Assembly: GCA_002314055.1 (NCBI GenBank) | Contig: DCBP01000096.1 | Coordinates: 19,511-83,510 of the forward strand | Direction of reading: 5' to 3' | Origin: Prevotella sp. UBA1104 | GTDB taxonomy: Bacteria; Bacteroidota; Bacteroidia; Bacteroidales; Bacteroidaceae | DNA length: 64,000 nt | Shown here: in pieces, positions 1 to 10,699 of the stretch | Numbering within the stretch: the first letter of the stretch is position 1 | Layout: every line of letters begins with the position of its first letter | Position numbers and translations under genes: made by a program | The notes under the pieces: generated by a model | Seen by the model: the letters and a program-made list of their open reading frames with translations, nothing else | What the model was told of the DNA's origin: nothing | Databases searched by the model: none

Positions 1-312
1 GAGCTTGCTCGTCGCGACTATAGTCAAATGATGCGTTCTTTGATGAATGTTGATGGTAATGATGTTGATGATACATCACCAACGTATAAAATTCTTGAAG
101 AGGGTAGTGCTACGCAGTCGAAAGAAGAGATGATGCAGTTGGCTAGTCGCCAGCAGAAGTTTATTCAAGGATTGGAGGCCGCTCTTGTGCGTATTGAGAA
201 TAAAACGTATGGCATTGACCGTATTACCGGGGAATTGATTCCTAAAGAACGTCTCCGTATTGTTCCTCATGCAACATTGAGTGTAGCATCTAAGAATGCA
301 AGAAAGAAATAA
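1..312 (+). CDS. dksA: TraR/DksA family transcriptional regulator (5'-partial)
   Basis: Frame open from base 1; acidic coiled-coil tip (DGNDVDDT) and C-terminal ALVRIENKTYGIDRITGELIPKERLRIVPHATLS typical of Bacteroidetes DksA; directly upstream of lspA. Confidence 0.8.
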   Translation, partial: ELARRDYSQMMRSLMNVDGNDVDDTSPTYKILEEGSATQSKEEMMQLASRQQKFIQGLEAALVRIENKTYGIDRITGELIPKERLRIVPHATLSVASKNARKK

Positions 313-316
313 GATA

Positions 317-1033
317 ATGAATCTGAAAAATCTTAGTAGAAAGAAAGGGCTAATTGCCTGTACCACGATTTTTATAGCTATTGTTGTAGACCAGATAATA
401 AAAGTTTGGGTAAAAACAACTATGCCTCTTGGCGGACAGATACATATTGCCGACTGGTTTTATATAAAATTTATCGAGAACAATGGAATGGCATACGGGA
501 TGACTTTTATAAACAAGCCTGTGTTAAGTCTTTTCCGTATGGTCTTGATTGCTTTATTGGGATGGTATATAGTGAAACAGGTTAAGAGTAAGGCACGTAC
601 GTTTTATGTCTTAGTATTGAGTCTTGTTTTTGCCGGAGCAGTTGGAAACCTTATAGACTGTATGTTTTATGGTTTGGTCTTCAGTGGTTCGTCACCTTTC
701 TATGTATCGTATTTTGTGCCTTTCGGAGACGGGTATTCTACTTTCCTGACTGGCAGAGTTGTAGATATGTTCTATTTTCCGCTGATAGTAACTACTTGGC
801 CAAGTTGGGTGCCGGTATGGGGCGGAGAGGAATTTGTTTTTTTCAGTCCGATATTTAATTTCGCTGATGCCTGTATCAGTGTTGGCTTTGTTTTGCTCAT
901 ATTGTTTTGTAGAACGGAGTTATCGCAGTTGTCTTTTGAAGGTAAAAGAAAGCATGATAATTTTTCCGCGAAAGAAAGAAAAGTACATGATGGCGATATA
1001 TCCGATGTAAGCGAAAAACTTGCGGATAAATGA
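317..1033 (+). CDS. lspA: Lipoprotein signal peptidase II
   Basis: DQIIK, ENNGMAYG, GAVGNLID, VVDM and IFNFAD motifs; multiple TM segments. Confidence 0.95.
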   Translation: MNLKNLSRKKGLIACTTIFIAIVVDQIIKVWVKTTMPLGGQIHIADWFYIKFIENNGMAYGMTFINKPVLSLFRMVLIALLGWYIVKQVKSKARTFYVLVLSLVFAGAVGNLIDCMFYGLVFSGSSPFYVSYFVPFGDGYSTFLTGRVVDMFYFPLIVTTWPSWVPVWGGEEFVFFSPIFNFADACISVGFVLLILFCRTELSQLSFEGKRKHDNFSAKERKVHDGDISDVSEKLADK

Positions 1034-1108
1034 TATAATCAGTATGGCGAGACTAAAGATAAACTTAGTCTGCGCCATATTTTGCATAATTAATAAGATG
1101 AAAATCTG

Positions 1109-2071
1109 ATGGAAAACAAAATGAAGAAATATTTTTCTGTAGCTTTCTTTATGTTTGCATGTGTCGCTTTATTTTTATCGTGCAAGCCACAAGTGCCAGG
1201 TAAATATATTCAGCCTGGTGATATGGAGGATATTCTTTTCGATTATCATATTGCTATGGGGATGATATCCGAGAATGATACGAATGATTTCCAAAAGCGT
1301 ATGTATGAGGCTTCGGTGTTGAAGAAGCATGGTGTTACGGAGGCAGAATTTGACTCTTCTCTAGTTTATTATACTCGTCATGCAGACAGATTCCAAACAA
1401 TATACGAGAATCTTTCGAAGCGACTTTCCGATGAGGCCGTCTCTTTAGGAGCTGCAGCTTCTGATGTTAGTAATTTTGGGGAGAATGCTACTTCTGGTGA
1501 TACGGCAAATGTATGGCGTGAGGCTTCATCATATGTACTTGCCACGGTTGAGCCAAATAATGTGGAGAGTTTTCATATTGTAGCAGATTCTGCCTATCAT
1601 AAGGGAGACCGTATTATACTCTCGTTTGACACTCAGTTTATCTTTCAAGACGGCTACAAGGATGGAGTCGCCATGTTGGCTGTAAAGTTGTCCAACGACA
1701 GTATAGTTACTCGTGTGCTGCATATTTCAGAGTCTACACATTACGATATATCCATTAGTGATGATGAGAATTTTGGTATTAAAGAGATACGCGGATTTAT
1801 AAGCTTGCAGAATCAGGAAAATTCATCTCAGTCAACCTTAAAACTTATGTTTGTTTCTAACATCCGTCTTATACGGTGCCATATTGGTAAGGATAAGACT
1901 TCGGAGAGCGTTGGTACTGCATTTGAAAATACAAATTCTGCCGATAGCACGGCTTCTTCTTCTGATGAAACAAATGGAGGCTTGCCTTCAGTAAGTCCGT
2001 CAAATCAAGTTGCTCCAGCTGACGAAAAGTTCATGTCTGTTCCACAGAGAAGAGTGGGGAGTTTAAATTGA
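1109..2071 (+). CDS. Lipoprotein, DUF4296-like
   Basis: Lipobox FLSC; MEDILFDYHIA and FDSSLVYY motifs recalled from Bacteroidales DUF4296 proteins next to lspA. Confidence 0.7.
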   Translation: MENKMKKYFSVAFFMFACVALFLSCKPQVPGKYIQPGDMEDILFDYHIAMGMISENDTNDFQKRMYEASVLKKHGVTEAEFDSSLVYYTRHADRFQTIYENLSKRLSDEAVSLGAAASDVSNFGENATSGDTANVWREASSYVLATVEPNNVESFHIVADSAYHKGDRIILSFDTQFIFQDGYKDGVAMLAVKLSNDSIVTRVLHISESTHYDISISDDENFGIKEIRGFISLQNQENSSQSTLKLMFVSNIRLIRCHIGKDKTSESVGTAFENTNSADSTASSSDETNGGLPSVSPSNQVAPADEKFMSVPQRRVGSLN

Positions 2072-2076
2072 CATAA

Positions 2077-2307
2077 GTGTCTGTTAGATTAACGCTATTT
2101 ATTCTTATGAGTAGAGATTATGAAAGAAAATACGCTTCCAGTAGAGTTGTGCTTGATGGTAAATTTTTGGGAGCTTATGTTGTAGAGGTTTATAAAGATA
2201 AAGTTGTAAATTATTATCCGCTTACAGAAGAACTTCCTTTTGTAGAATATATTGAAGAGGGAATAAATTTGAAAACAAATGTGGATGGTTGTTTGATAAT
2301 GCGATAA
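2077..2307 (+). CDS. Small hypothetical protein
   Basis: 76-aa ORF co-directional with the upstream operon, ending just before a terminator. Confidence 0.5.
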   Translation: MSVRLTLFILMSRDYERKYASSRVVLDGKFLGAYVVEVYKDKVVNYYPLTEELPFVEYIEEGINLKTNVDGCLIMR

Positions 2308-2309
2308 AT

Positions 2310-2340
2310 AAAAAGGCTCGACAATTGTTCGAGCCTTTTA
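2310..2340. terminator. Bidirectional intrinsic terminator
   Basis: AAAAGGCTCGA-caattgt-TCGAGCCTTTT between convergent genes. Confidence 0.85.
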
Positions 2341-2369
2341 TATTTATAATCTTAATGTATAATCCTTTA

Positions 2370-4376
2370 TTATGAATTCATAGTCATTAAGAATTCATCA
2401 TTATCGCGTGTTCTCTTCATGTTTGCGTCTATAGTGTTCATTGCTTCTATAGGATTCATGTCGGCAATGTATTTGCGTAGAATCCACATACGGTCGAGAG
2501 TTGTCTTGTCTTGCAGTAAATCGTCGCGACGAGTGCTTGAAGCAACGAGATTAACAGCAGGGAATATACGTTTGTTGCTTAAGCTGCGATCAAGCTGCAA
2601 CTCCATATTTCCAGTACCCTTAAACTCTTCAAAGATAACCTCATCCATTTTGCTGCCAGTATCTATAAGAGCAGTAGCTATGATAGTAAGCGAACCTCCT
2701 CCTTCAATGTTTCTTGCTGCTCCGAAGAAGCGCTTAGGCTTTTGCAGAGCGTTGGCGTCAACACCACCGGTTAAGACTTTTCCACTGGCTGGCGATACGG
2801 TATTGTATGCTCGTGCGAGACGTGTTATGGAATCCAGGAAGATAACGACATCATGTCCGCATTCTACCATTCTCTTAGCCTTCTCGAGCACTATGCCTGC
2901 AATTTTCACGTGTCTTTCAGCTGGCTCGTCGAAAGTAGAAGCGATGACTTCCGCGTTAACCGTACGAGCCATATCCGTAACTTCTTCCGGTCGCTCGTCG
3001 ATAAGTAGCATCATGAGGTAAGCCTCTGGGTGGTTAGCTGCAATAGCGTTTGCAATATCCTTCATGAGTATAGTTTTACCCGTTTTTGGCTGTGCTACGA
3101 TAAGAGCACGCTGTCCCTTTCCAATAGGAGAGAAGAGGTCAACGATTCTTGTGCTTAGATTGGTTGTCGCTTTGTCTCCACAGAGCGAGAATTTCTCGTC
3201 AGGGAACAATGGCGTAAGATGTTCAAATGGAATTCTGTCTCTCACTTCGTTAGGTTCCCTGCCGTTAATCTTGTCGATTGATGTGAGAGGGAAATATTTT
3301 TCTCCGTCGTGAGGTGGGCGTACGTGACATTCTATAACATCTCCTGTTTTCAGACCGAAATTCTTTACCTGAGCGTTAGATACGTACACATCGTCTGGCG
3401 ATGACAGATAGTTATAGTCGCTTGAGCGAAGGAAACCATATCCGTCGGGCATAATTTCCAATACTCCGTTTGCTGTTATTATATTGTCGAAATTATATGC
3501 CGTAGTTTCGTTTTGCAATTCATTGTCGTAATTGTCAATGTCGTTTTGTATCGGAGTAGTGGGATTGTCAAACATGTCATAGTTTGGCACTACTGCTTGG
3601 TCTTCGATAGGCAAGTCGACAATTGGTATAAAGTCTGTTCCATCTCCAGGGTCTCCTTGCCAAATTCTGTCATTGGCTTCAGCTTTCTTTTCTTCAGCCT
3701 TTTCGTTGTGTTCGTTTACTTTTGCTTGCAGTTGTGCTATAAGGTCAGCTTGCAGTTCGTTGTTTGTATTTTCATTCCCTTCGAATTTTTCTTCGGGTGT
3801 TGTTCCTATCTGTTGAACTGTTGCTACTTCTTCTTCTGGCGTATTTTGGATTTGGGGAGTTGTAGAAGTTGGGATTTCGCTTGTTTCATTGTTGTTCTGA
3901 ACTTCAGGCTGCTTGTCTTTAATTCCATTTATTTCTGCTGCGGTTTCAGCTGCGGCAGCCGCCTCAGCAGCTGCTTGTTCTGCCAGCTTGAGGGCTTTTG
4001 GTTTCCTTCCGCGTCTTTTAGGTGCTGGTGCCTCCTCTACTGGTGTTACGGTTTTGTCTTCCACTTTAGTTTCATCAGTATCGTTGAAGAGTGGAAGTTG
4101 TTCGTTTGTTGCCGTTTTGCTCTTTTTTAGGTCGAAGTTTTCTCCGGCATTTCCTTTTACGGTATAAACTTTATCCGTGTCTTTCTTGGCAATCCTTACT
4201 CTTTTCCTTTTTGTTCCAAGCGGATTTTTGTTACCTTCCACTTCGGCTTGTTTGTCGAGAATGGAGTATACGATATCCTCTTGCGAGTCGTTAGCGTTTA
4301 GCTGAGCTCCAAGATTTTGTGCAATATCTTCCAATTCGGAGATATTTTTAGATAGTAATTCGTCTTTGCTATACAT
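2370..4376 (-). CDS. rho: Transcription termination factor Rho with long N-terminal low-complexity insertion
   Basis: [18 protein letters not shown]-binding motif, [20 protein letters not shown]-loop, [24 protein letters not shown]. Confidence 0.98.
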   Translation of the reverse strand: MYSKDELLSKNISELEDIAQNLGAQLNANDSQEDIVYSILDKQAEVEGNKNPLGTKRKRVRIAKKDTDKVYTVKGNAGENFDLKKSKTATNEQLPLFNDTDETKVEDKTVTPVEEAPAPKRRGRKPKALKLAEQAAAEAAAAAETAAEINGIKDKQPEVQNNNETSEIPTSTTPQIQNTPEEEVATVQQIGTTPEEKFEGNENTNNELQADLIAQLQAKVNEHNEKAEEKKAEANDRIWQGDPGDGTDFIPIVDLPIEDQAVVPNYDMFDNPTTPIQNDIDNYDNELQNETTAYNFDNIITANGVLEIMPDGYGFLRSSDYNYLSSPDDVYVSNAQVKNFGLKTGDVIECHVRPPHDGEKYFPLTSIDKINGREPNEVRDRIPFEHLTPLFPDEKFSLCGDKATTNLSTRIVDLFSPIGKGQRALIVAQPKTGKTILMKDIANAIAANHPEAYLMMLLIDERPEEVTDMARTVNAEVIASTFDEPAERHVKIAGIVLEKAKRMVECGHDVVIFLDSITRLARAYNTVSPASGKVLTGGVDANALQKPKRFFGAARNIEGGGSLTIIATALIDTGSKMDEVIFEEFKGTGNMELQLDRSLSNKRIFPAVNLVASSTRRDDLLQDKTTLDRMWILRKYIADMNPIEAMNTIDANMKRTRDNDEFLMTMNS

Positions 4377-4574
4377 TATCTTAGTATATAAGAAATTTAT
4401 TCTGATTGAATGTTTCCGACGTGGAAACATGGGAATTGTGTTTAAAACGATGCAAATTTATGAAATAACTTTGAAAAAAGCGAAACATTAGTGGTATAAA
4501 GTTTCGCTTTTAACTTATTTTATAATGTTACTTTAATCTATTTGCATCTCTGTCTTCTTTTAGGATATAATAGT

Positions 4575-6347
4575 CTATGCTTCTATTTCAGATAGTTCCA
4601 TCCATTCCATTGTCTTTTCGTCTATTATTTCCTTGAGTTCTGCAAAGCGTTTACTCTTTTCCGTAAGCTGTTTGATGTCAAGTTTACCGCTACACAGTTC
4701 TGCCTCTATTTGCTTTTGTTCTGTTTCCAAGTTAGCAATATCCTTTTCTAATTGTTCGAAGCGCGTTTTTTCTTTATATGTCATTTTGCGCTTTTCCGAT
4801 TTGGGCTTTTCCCTTTGTTTGTTTTCCTTTTTCTCCTCCTTTTTTGCTGCAGGCTGCAAGCTTTTCCATTCCCTGTATTGTGTATAGTTCCCAGGGAAAT
4901 CCTGGATTTCTCCATTCCCTTTGAATACGAGAAGATGGTCAACGATTTTGTCGATAAAATATCTGTCGTGGCTTACTACGATAACGCATCCTGCGAAATC
5001 AGCGAGATATTCCTCGAGTACTTGCAGAGTCTGAATGTCAAGGTCGTTAGTCGGTTCATCGAGTACCAGAAAGTTTGGATTCTTCATCAGTACTGTGCAG
5101 AGATACAGTTTGCGTTTTTCTCCTCCGCTCAGTTTATACACGTAGTTGTGTTGTTGTTCTGGCGAAAAGAGGAAGTATTGTAAAAATTGTGATGCAGAGA
5201 GATGTTTTCCGCCTCCCATGTCGATATATTCCGCAATGTCGGTAATTACGTCGATAACCTTTTGCTGTTCATTGAATTTTAGTCCTTCTTGCGAGAAATA
5301 TCCAAATTTCACAGTTTCTCCTATGTCGAATTTGCCGCTATCGGGTAGAACCTTTCCAAGGAGTAAGTTGATGAAAGTAGACTTTCCAGCTCCGTTGTCT
5401 CCCACGATACCCATTTTCTCGTATCTTGCGAAGTTGTAGTAGAAGTCCTTCAGTATAATTTTGTCTCCCCAAGCCTTCGATACGTATTGACATTCGAATA
5501 TTTTGCTTCCTATATATACGTTTCTTGATTTTAGTCTTAGTTGTCTGTCTTCTATTTTCTGTTTTGCAATCTTTTCCAGTTCATAGAAGGCGTCTTCTCT
5601 GTATCTTGCTTTATGTCCTCTTGCCTGAGGCATACGTCTCATCCATTCAAGTTCCGTTCGGTAGAGGTTGTTTGCCCTTTGTACCTCGGCTCTCATATTG
5701 TCGAGTCGTTCTTGTCTCTTTTCGAGATAGTAGCTGTAGTTGCCCTTATACTTATATATTTTTCTGTTGTCAAGTTCCAGTATTACTGAGCACACTCTAT
5801 CGAGGAAGAACCTGTCGTGTGTGACCATGAGTAATGTTTTGTTTCCCCTACCGATGAACCCCTCCAGCCATTCAATCATGTCAATGTCAAGGTGGTTAGT
5901 CGGTTCGTCAAGGATGAGAAAATCAGGTTCGTTGATAAGTATATTAGCCAAAGCCACTCGTTTCTGCTGCCCTCCGCTCAGTTGTCCCATTGGCTGGTTA
6001 AGGTCAGTTATTCTCAGTTGAGTCAGAATTTGTTTAGCCTTGAGAATCTTTTCCTCCTGTCCGTTATGGTTGAAGCATGCGTCGAGCACACTTTCCTCAG
6101 GATCAAATTTTGGTGTCTGTTCCAAGTATCCGGTTTTAATGCCGTTGGCATAAACAACCTCTCCGGTATCATAGTCCTCTTTACCAGTTAGAATAGACAA
6201 CAGAGTAGACTTTCCGGTTCCATTTTTTGCGATAAGAGCAACTTTTTGTCCTTCAGCCACGCTAAACGATATATTTTCGAATAGAGTTTCCGCTCCGAAT
6301 GATTTTGTTAGATTCTGTACGTCAAGAAAAGGTTTTACGTTTGCCAT
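4575..6347 (-). CDS. ABC-F family ATP-binding protein (Uup-like)
   Basis: Two ABC cassettes (NGTGKST/LSGGQ/LDEPTNHLD; NGAGKST/LSGGE/LDEPTNDLD), no TM segments, C-terminal coiled coil. Confidence 0.92.
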   Translation of the reverse strand: MANVKPFLDVQNLTKSFGAETLFENISFSVAEGQKVALIAKNGTGKSTLLSILTGKEDYDTGEVVYANGIKTGYLEQTPKFDPEESVLDACFNHNGQEEKILKAKQILTQLRITDLNQPMGQLSGGQQKRVALANILINEPDFLILDEPTNHLDIDMIEWLEGFIGRGNKTLLMVTHDRFFLDRVCSVILELDNRKIYKYKGNYSYYLEKRQERLDNMRAEVQRANNLYRTELEWMRRMPQARGHKARYREDAFYELEKIAKQKIEDRQLRLKSRNVYIGSKIFECQYVSKAWGDKIILKDFYYNFARYEKMGIVGDNGAGKSTFINLLLGKVLPDSGKFDIGETVKFGYFSQEGLKFNEQQKVIDVITDIAEYIDMGGGKHLSASQFLQYFLFSPEQQHNYVYKLSGGEKRKLYLCTVLMKNPNFLVLDEPTNDLDIQTLQVLEEYLADFAGCVIVVSHDRYFIDKIVDHLLVFKGNGEIQDFPGNYTQYREWKSLQPAAKKEEKKENKQREKPKSEKRKMTYKEKTRFEQLEKDIANLETEQKQIEAELCSGKLDIKQLTEKSKRFAELKEIIDEKTMEWMELSEIEA

Positions 6348-6350
6348 ACC

Positions 6351-6953
6351 TTAGATATTTCCCTCGTTAATGTCTTCAATATATTTCAGCAACTCCTCCC
6401 GTCCTTCTTTCTTCTCACTACTGGTTACGAAATATGGAGGAAGTTCCTCCCATTGTTCTTTTAGGGTTTCCATATACGCCTTTGCAGCCTTAAGTGCCTT
6501 CTGGGAGTTTCCTATTTTGTCAGCCTTTGTAAAGACGATAGAGAATGGAATTCCGCTTTCCCCAAGCCATGTGATGAATTCCGTGTCAATTTTCTGCGGT
6601 TCGTGCCTTATGTCGATTAGTACAAAGAGATTCACGAGTTGTTCCCTCTGTAGAATATACGACGAAATCATCTGTTCCAGCTTTTTCTGTACCACTTTAG
6701 AACGTTTGGCGTATCCGTATCCTGGAAGGTCTACAAGATACCATTCGTTGTTTATTATAAAGTGGTTTATAAGCAGAGTCTTTCCCGGTGTTGCCGAGGT
6801 TTTCGCCAATCCCTTGTGGTTGCAAATCATGTTTATGAGACTTGATTTTCCCACGTTGCTTCGTCCGATAAATGCAAACTCTGGTTTGTCGTCGTTAGGA
6901 CATTGTGATAGAGTTGCGCTACTTATAGTAAATTCAGATTTTTTTATTTCCAT
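6351..6953 (-). CDS. engB: Ribosome biogenesis GTPase YihA/YsxC
   Basis: [30 protein letters not shown] motifs. Confidence 0.96.
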   Translation of the reverse strand: MEIKKSEFTISSATLSQCPNDDKPEFAFIGRSNVGKSSLINMICNHKGLAKTSATPGKTLLINHFIINNEWYLVDLPGYGYAKRSKVVQKKLEQMISSYILQREQLVNLFVLIDIRHEPQKIDTEFITWLGESGIPFSIVFTKADKIGNSQKALKAAKAYMETLKEQWEELPPYFVTSSEKKEGREELLKYIEDINEGNI

Positions 6954-7027
6954 AATTATAAAATGTCAAGCCCCAGCCCCTTTCTTGCTGTTTGTGGGCA
7001 GTTAGAATTCAGATGTAGAGTTTTTCA

Positions 7028-8824
7028 CTATTCAGCCGACATGTCGGCTACCATTTTTCTGTAAGTAGAGTAGAGGTGAGTTCTGCTCACGTATCCGAGC
7101 AGTTTCCCGTCTGTGTCAAGAACAGGCAGCATTCCTGCGTCGGTAGAGTCAAATTGTTTCATTACTTCCTCCATATTGTCGTTTACGCTCAATACGCATG
7201 GTGGTTGCGACATCAGTTGCTTAACCTTAAAATGGTGGTATAATTCAGTTCTGAAGATGATGTGTCTGAGTTTCGACATGTCGATTTCACCGAGAAACTT
7301 GCCGCCGTTGTCGAGAACAGGCAGGATGTTGTTGTGGCTTCTGCTGATGGCGTGCACGAGTGTGCCAAGATCCATATCTTCTGGAACATGTGAGTAGCTT
7401 TTGTCAATCATACTGTCGATGTTCATCAGTGTGAGCACCGCTTTGTCCGTGTGGTGGGTTATAAGTTTCCCCTCTCTTGCCAGTCGCATGCCGTAGATGC
7501 TGTGTGGCTCGAAGATTATAATGGTAAGATAGGCGCAGATGCTTACGATCATGAGTGGTATGAGCATTTGGTAACCTCCGGTAATTTCGGCTATGAGAAA
7601 CATTCCCGTCAGCGGTGCATGCATTACTCCAGCCATGACTGCAGCCATGCCGAGGAGCACGAAGTTCCTTTCAGGCACGTAGACCCCCACGTCGTATATG
7701 TTCCACAGTCTGGCGAAGAGGAAACCGCCGTAAGCGCCGATGAAGAGCGAAGGTGCGAAGGTTCCTCCGCATCCTCCTCCTCCGTTAGTTGCCGATGTGG
7801 CAAAAGCTTTGGTGAGAACAACGAGTGCTACGAAGACCACGAGCATGCTGCTGTGTCCGTAGAATATGGAGCTGTTCATAATCTGGTCCCAGTCTGCCTG
7901 CGTCTTACCGTTGAGCAACACGTTGATGCTATGGTAGCCTTCGCCGTAGAGTACCGGGAACAAGGCAATCAGTGTGCTTAGCATAATGCCGCCGAGAATA
8001 AGTTTAGCATACATGTGTCCTTTCAGTTTAGAGAACACCCCCTCGCATGCATTCATTGTGCGTATGAAATAAAGACTTATCAGTCCTCCTGTCACACCGA
8101 GCAGTATATATGCCGGTACTCTCTGCATTGTCCATGCACCGTCGGTATGGAAGTCGAACAACACTCCTCCCGACGAGAATATATACGTGAAGCAAGCCGC
8201 CGTAACACTTGCGATGAGTATAGGCAAGAGCGACGCCATCGTAAGGTCAATCATGAGCACTTCGAGTGTAAAGACGAGTCCTGCAATAGGAGCTTTGAAG
8301 ATTCCGGCGATAGCCGCTGCAGCTCCGCATCCTACGAGCAGCATCATCGTCTTCTGGTCCATTCTGAAGAGTTTTCCGAGATTACTGCCTATAGCCGAAC
8401 CAGTTAGTACGATAGGTGCCTCAGCTCCCACACTTCCTCCGCATCCGATGGTAATAGCCGATGCAATGACGGAGCTCCAGCAGTTATGAGCCTTCAGCCG
8501 ACTGTTCTTGCTGCTTATGGCGTATAGGATTCTCGTAATACCGTGGCTGATGTTGTCTCTTACCACATATCTAACGAAGAGTGCAGTTATGAAGATTCCG
8601 ATTACAGGATAAATCAGATAAAGCCAGTTGAATCCGTTTACGCTGAATCCCGTAGTCAGCAGATGCTGTATTTGCTTGATGAACGTCTGCAGCACGCTTG
8701 CCGCTACAGCTGCAAGGAACCCGACAGCAAAACTCAGTATGAGTGTAAACTGTTTGTCGGTGATGTGTTCGCTTCTCCAGTTTATTATAGCGTTGAGGAT
8801 TTTTTTCTTTTTGTTTTCTTGCAT
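7028..8824 (-). CDS. ClC-family chloride channel with CBS domains
   Basis: GGSVGAEAP, GGTFAPSLFIG motifs, many TM helices, C-terminal CBS pair; start uncertain (8824 or 8860). Confidence 0.92.
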   Translation of the reverse strand: MQENKKKKILNAIINWRSEHITDKQFTLILSFAVGFLAAVAASVLQTFIKQIQHLLTTGFSVNGFNWLYLIYPVIGIFITALFVRYVVRDNISHGITRILYAISSKNSRLKAHNCWSSVIASAITIGCGGSVGAEAPIVLTGSAIGSNLGKLFRMDQKTMMLLVGCGAAAAIAGIFKAPIAGLVFTLEVLMIDLTMASLLPILIASVTAACFTYIFSSGGVLFDFHTDGAWTMQRVPAYILLGVTGGLISLYFIRTMNACEGVFSKLKGHMYAKLILGGIMLSTLIALFPVLYGEGYHSINVLLNGKTQADWDQIMNSSIFYGHSSMLVVFVALVVLTKAFATSATNGGGGCGGTFAPSLFIGAYGGFLFARLWNIYDVGVYVPERNFVLLGMAAVMAGVMHAPLTGMFLIAEITGGYQMLIPLMIVSICAYLTIIIFEPHSIYGMRLAREGKLITHHTDKAVLTLMNIDSMIDKSYSHVPEDMDLGTLVHAISRSHNNILPVLDNGGKFLGEIDMSKLRHIIFRTELYHHFKVKQLMSQPPCVLSVNDNMEEVMKQFDSTDAGMLPVLDTDGKLLGYVSRTHLYSTYRKMVADMSAE

Positions 8825-8870
8825 GTGATTTTTCTTTGGACAGTCAGTCCTTTTTTTCACTTCTCCGTTT

Positions 8871-9437
8871 CTATCTTATAATTTTCACTTCTCCGTTTTC
8901 CGAGAGCTTTATTATGCTCGACGGCTTGTGGGGCTTGTGCTCCTGCCGTCTTGTCCAGCACACATAGTCTACGGCGTTGAGCAGTTCCTCTGAAATGTCG
9001 CGGTAATTTTGCGCGGCAGGCTCACCACTGATGTTTGCACTCGTCGAGACTATAGGTTTTTGGAATCTGAAACACAGTTCTCTTGAGAAATTCTCTTTCG
9101 TAATCCTCATTGCAATGCTTCCGTCGTCGGCCACGAGGTTGGGAGCGAGATTTACGGCATTGTCAAGAATTACGGTAGTAGGTTTGTCGGCAAGTTCCAG
9201 CAGATCCCATGCAACTTCAGGCACGTTTCTCACGTATCTTTGTAACCTTGCATCCGAGTCGACGAGACATATAAGAGCCTTTGAATCGTCGCGTTTTTTT
9301 ATTTTGTAAACCTTAGCAACTGCATCAGGGTTGGTTGCGTCGCAGCCTATTCCCCATACCGTGTCGGTGGGGTAGAGGATTACTCCGCCGTTGCGCATTG
9401 TCTTGACAGCATTTTGAATGTCTTCTTGAATGGTCAT
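8871..9437 (-). CDS. tsaC: L-threonylcarbamoyladenylate synthase (Sua5/YrdC)
   Basis: YPTDTVWGIGCDA, KIKKR, STSANISG motifs. Confidence 0.93.
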   Translation of the reverse strand: MTIQEDIQNAVKTMRNGGVILYPTDTVWGIGCDATNPDAVAKVYKIKKRDDSKALICLVDSDARLQRYVRNVPEVAWDLLELADKPTTVILDNAVNLAPNLVADDGSIAMRITKENFSRELCFRFQKPIVSTSANISGEPAAQNYRDISEELLNAVDYVCWTRRQEHKPHKPSSIIKLSENGEVKIIR

Positions 9438-9531
9438 ATTTCTTTTTGTTTATTTATCGTATTTTTATTTTGGGAATTATGCTATTTCGGTATTTCCGAA
9501 GATGAGCTTCAGTGTATGAGTTACAGCGGGT

Positions 9532-10698
9532 TCAGTCTTGCTGGAACCAATAATAAAACCAGTAAGTATTGGCGTAATTGGTTTGTATGCAGAACTTGCT
9601 CTGTCTTTTGTTGGGAGTGTTTTTAATTATATTCATGAAGTCCTGATAGTCAGCTTCCATGACCTCATCGTGGATTTTCACGACAGGGTTAGAGCGAAGG
9701 TGACAGTACAACACCAGAGCCTCTTTGAAGTGTTTGGGTAGGACATTCTTTCCTGCGTATTGCGAATTCTTGAATTCCCTTGCGAAACTGTCGATATCCT
9801 TGTCGAGTAAGTATCCGGCAAGTAGGTAATCTTCAAGTGGAGCCTTTGCCCATCCGTGCGCCTTCATCCATTTCAGATAGACCATCGGTGGCATTTTCTG
9901 TTTAGATATTTCCGCCACGTGGTGAAAAATCAGCGTGTCTGAATAGAGCATAGTCTTCACGCTTGTGCCATTTGGCAACAAGGATTTAGAGCCTCCCTTT
10001 ATCCTGTATTCGAAGAGTGTCTCGCCCAATGACTTGGTTTTTGAGAGCGCATAAATCCTTAGCATAGTCGTTGAGGAATCGGTCGGTGCATAGATCCCTT
10101 TGCCCACGCACAGAGCTTCCTTGAACTTTCCTTCATCTATGAGTCTTTCGATTCTCATGCGTTGGTGAAAAATCCGGTCGGTGTTTGTCGTCCCGCATAT
10201 AAATAAGAAGAAGCTTGCCATTATGAGCATGTTTTCCCATAAGATTCTGGCTCCCGACTTGTGGTTCGGTCCGTCGTTGTTGGCGAGTAGCTGTGCCGAT
10301 ACGAATGTTACGGCGGCATATACGGCAGTAAGCATCGGTACGAGCCATATCCATTTGCCGAACGAGAATTCCTTGTCAACGTCTGGGTTAATGTCGGTCA
10401 TTACGGCGAGAGCCATTGTTGGAATGAAATATGTCAGTGCAGGGTGTTTCGAGCATTTCCTTGTAGCCGTATCAATGCCAACATGTGCAAGATACAGCAC
10501 AGCCGTTATTATTGTTGCGCCCAAGAACCTGTTGTAGTGTGTGAGTCCCTTTGAAAGCACATGTTGCTCCATTGTGAGCAAGTCATCCTGATAGTAGAAC
10601 AGGTATACGAATGAAAAAGTGCAGAAGACAACGGCCGAGACTGCGCTTGCCCATGCCGTTGTCCTGTTGTCTCTGCGTATAAATCTGCTTTTAGCCAT
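9532..10698 (-). CDS. Membrane protein, DUF6057-like
   Basis: N-terminal TM helices; C-terminal PKHFKEAL and TYWFYY motifs recalled from this Bacteroidales family. Confidence 0.6.
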   Translation of the reverse strand: MAKSRFIRRDNRTTAWASAVSAVVFCTFSFVYLFYYQDDLLTMEQHVLSKGLTHYNRFLGATIITAVLYLAHVGIDTATRKCSKHPALTYFIPTMALAVMTDINPDVDKEFSFGKWIWLVPMLTAVYAAVTFVSAQLLANNDGPNHKSGARILWENMLIMASFFLFICGTTNTDRIFHQRMRIERLIDEGKFKEALCVGKGIYAPTDSSTTMLRIYALSKTKSLGETLFEYRIKGGSKSLLPNGTSVKTMLYSDTLIFHHVAEISKQKMPPMVYLKWMKAHGWAKAPLEDYLLAGYLLDKDIDSFAREFKNSQYAGKNVLPKHFKEALVLYCHLRSNPVVKIHDEVMEADYQDFMNIIKNTPNKRQSKFCIQTNYANTYWFYYWFQQD

Positions 10699-10699
10699 T

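Noticed and set aside
1043..1079. Stem-loop TATGGCG-AGACTAA/TTAGTCT-CGCCATA after lspA
   Set aside because: Most likely an ordinary intra-operon terminator or stability hairpin
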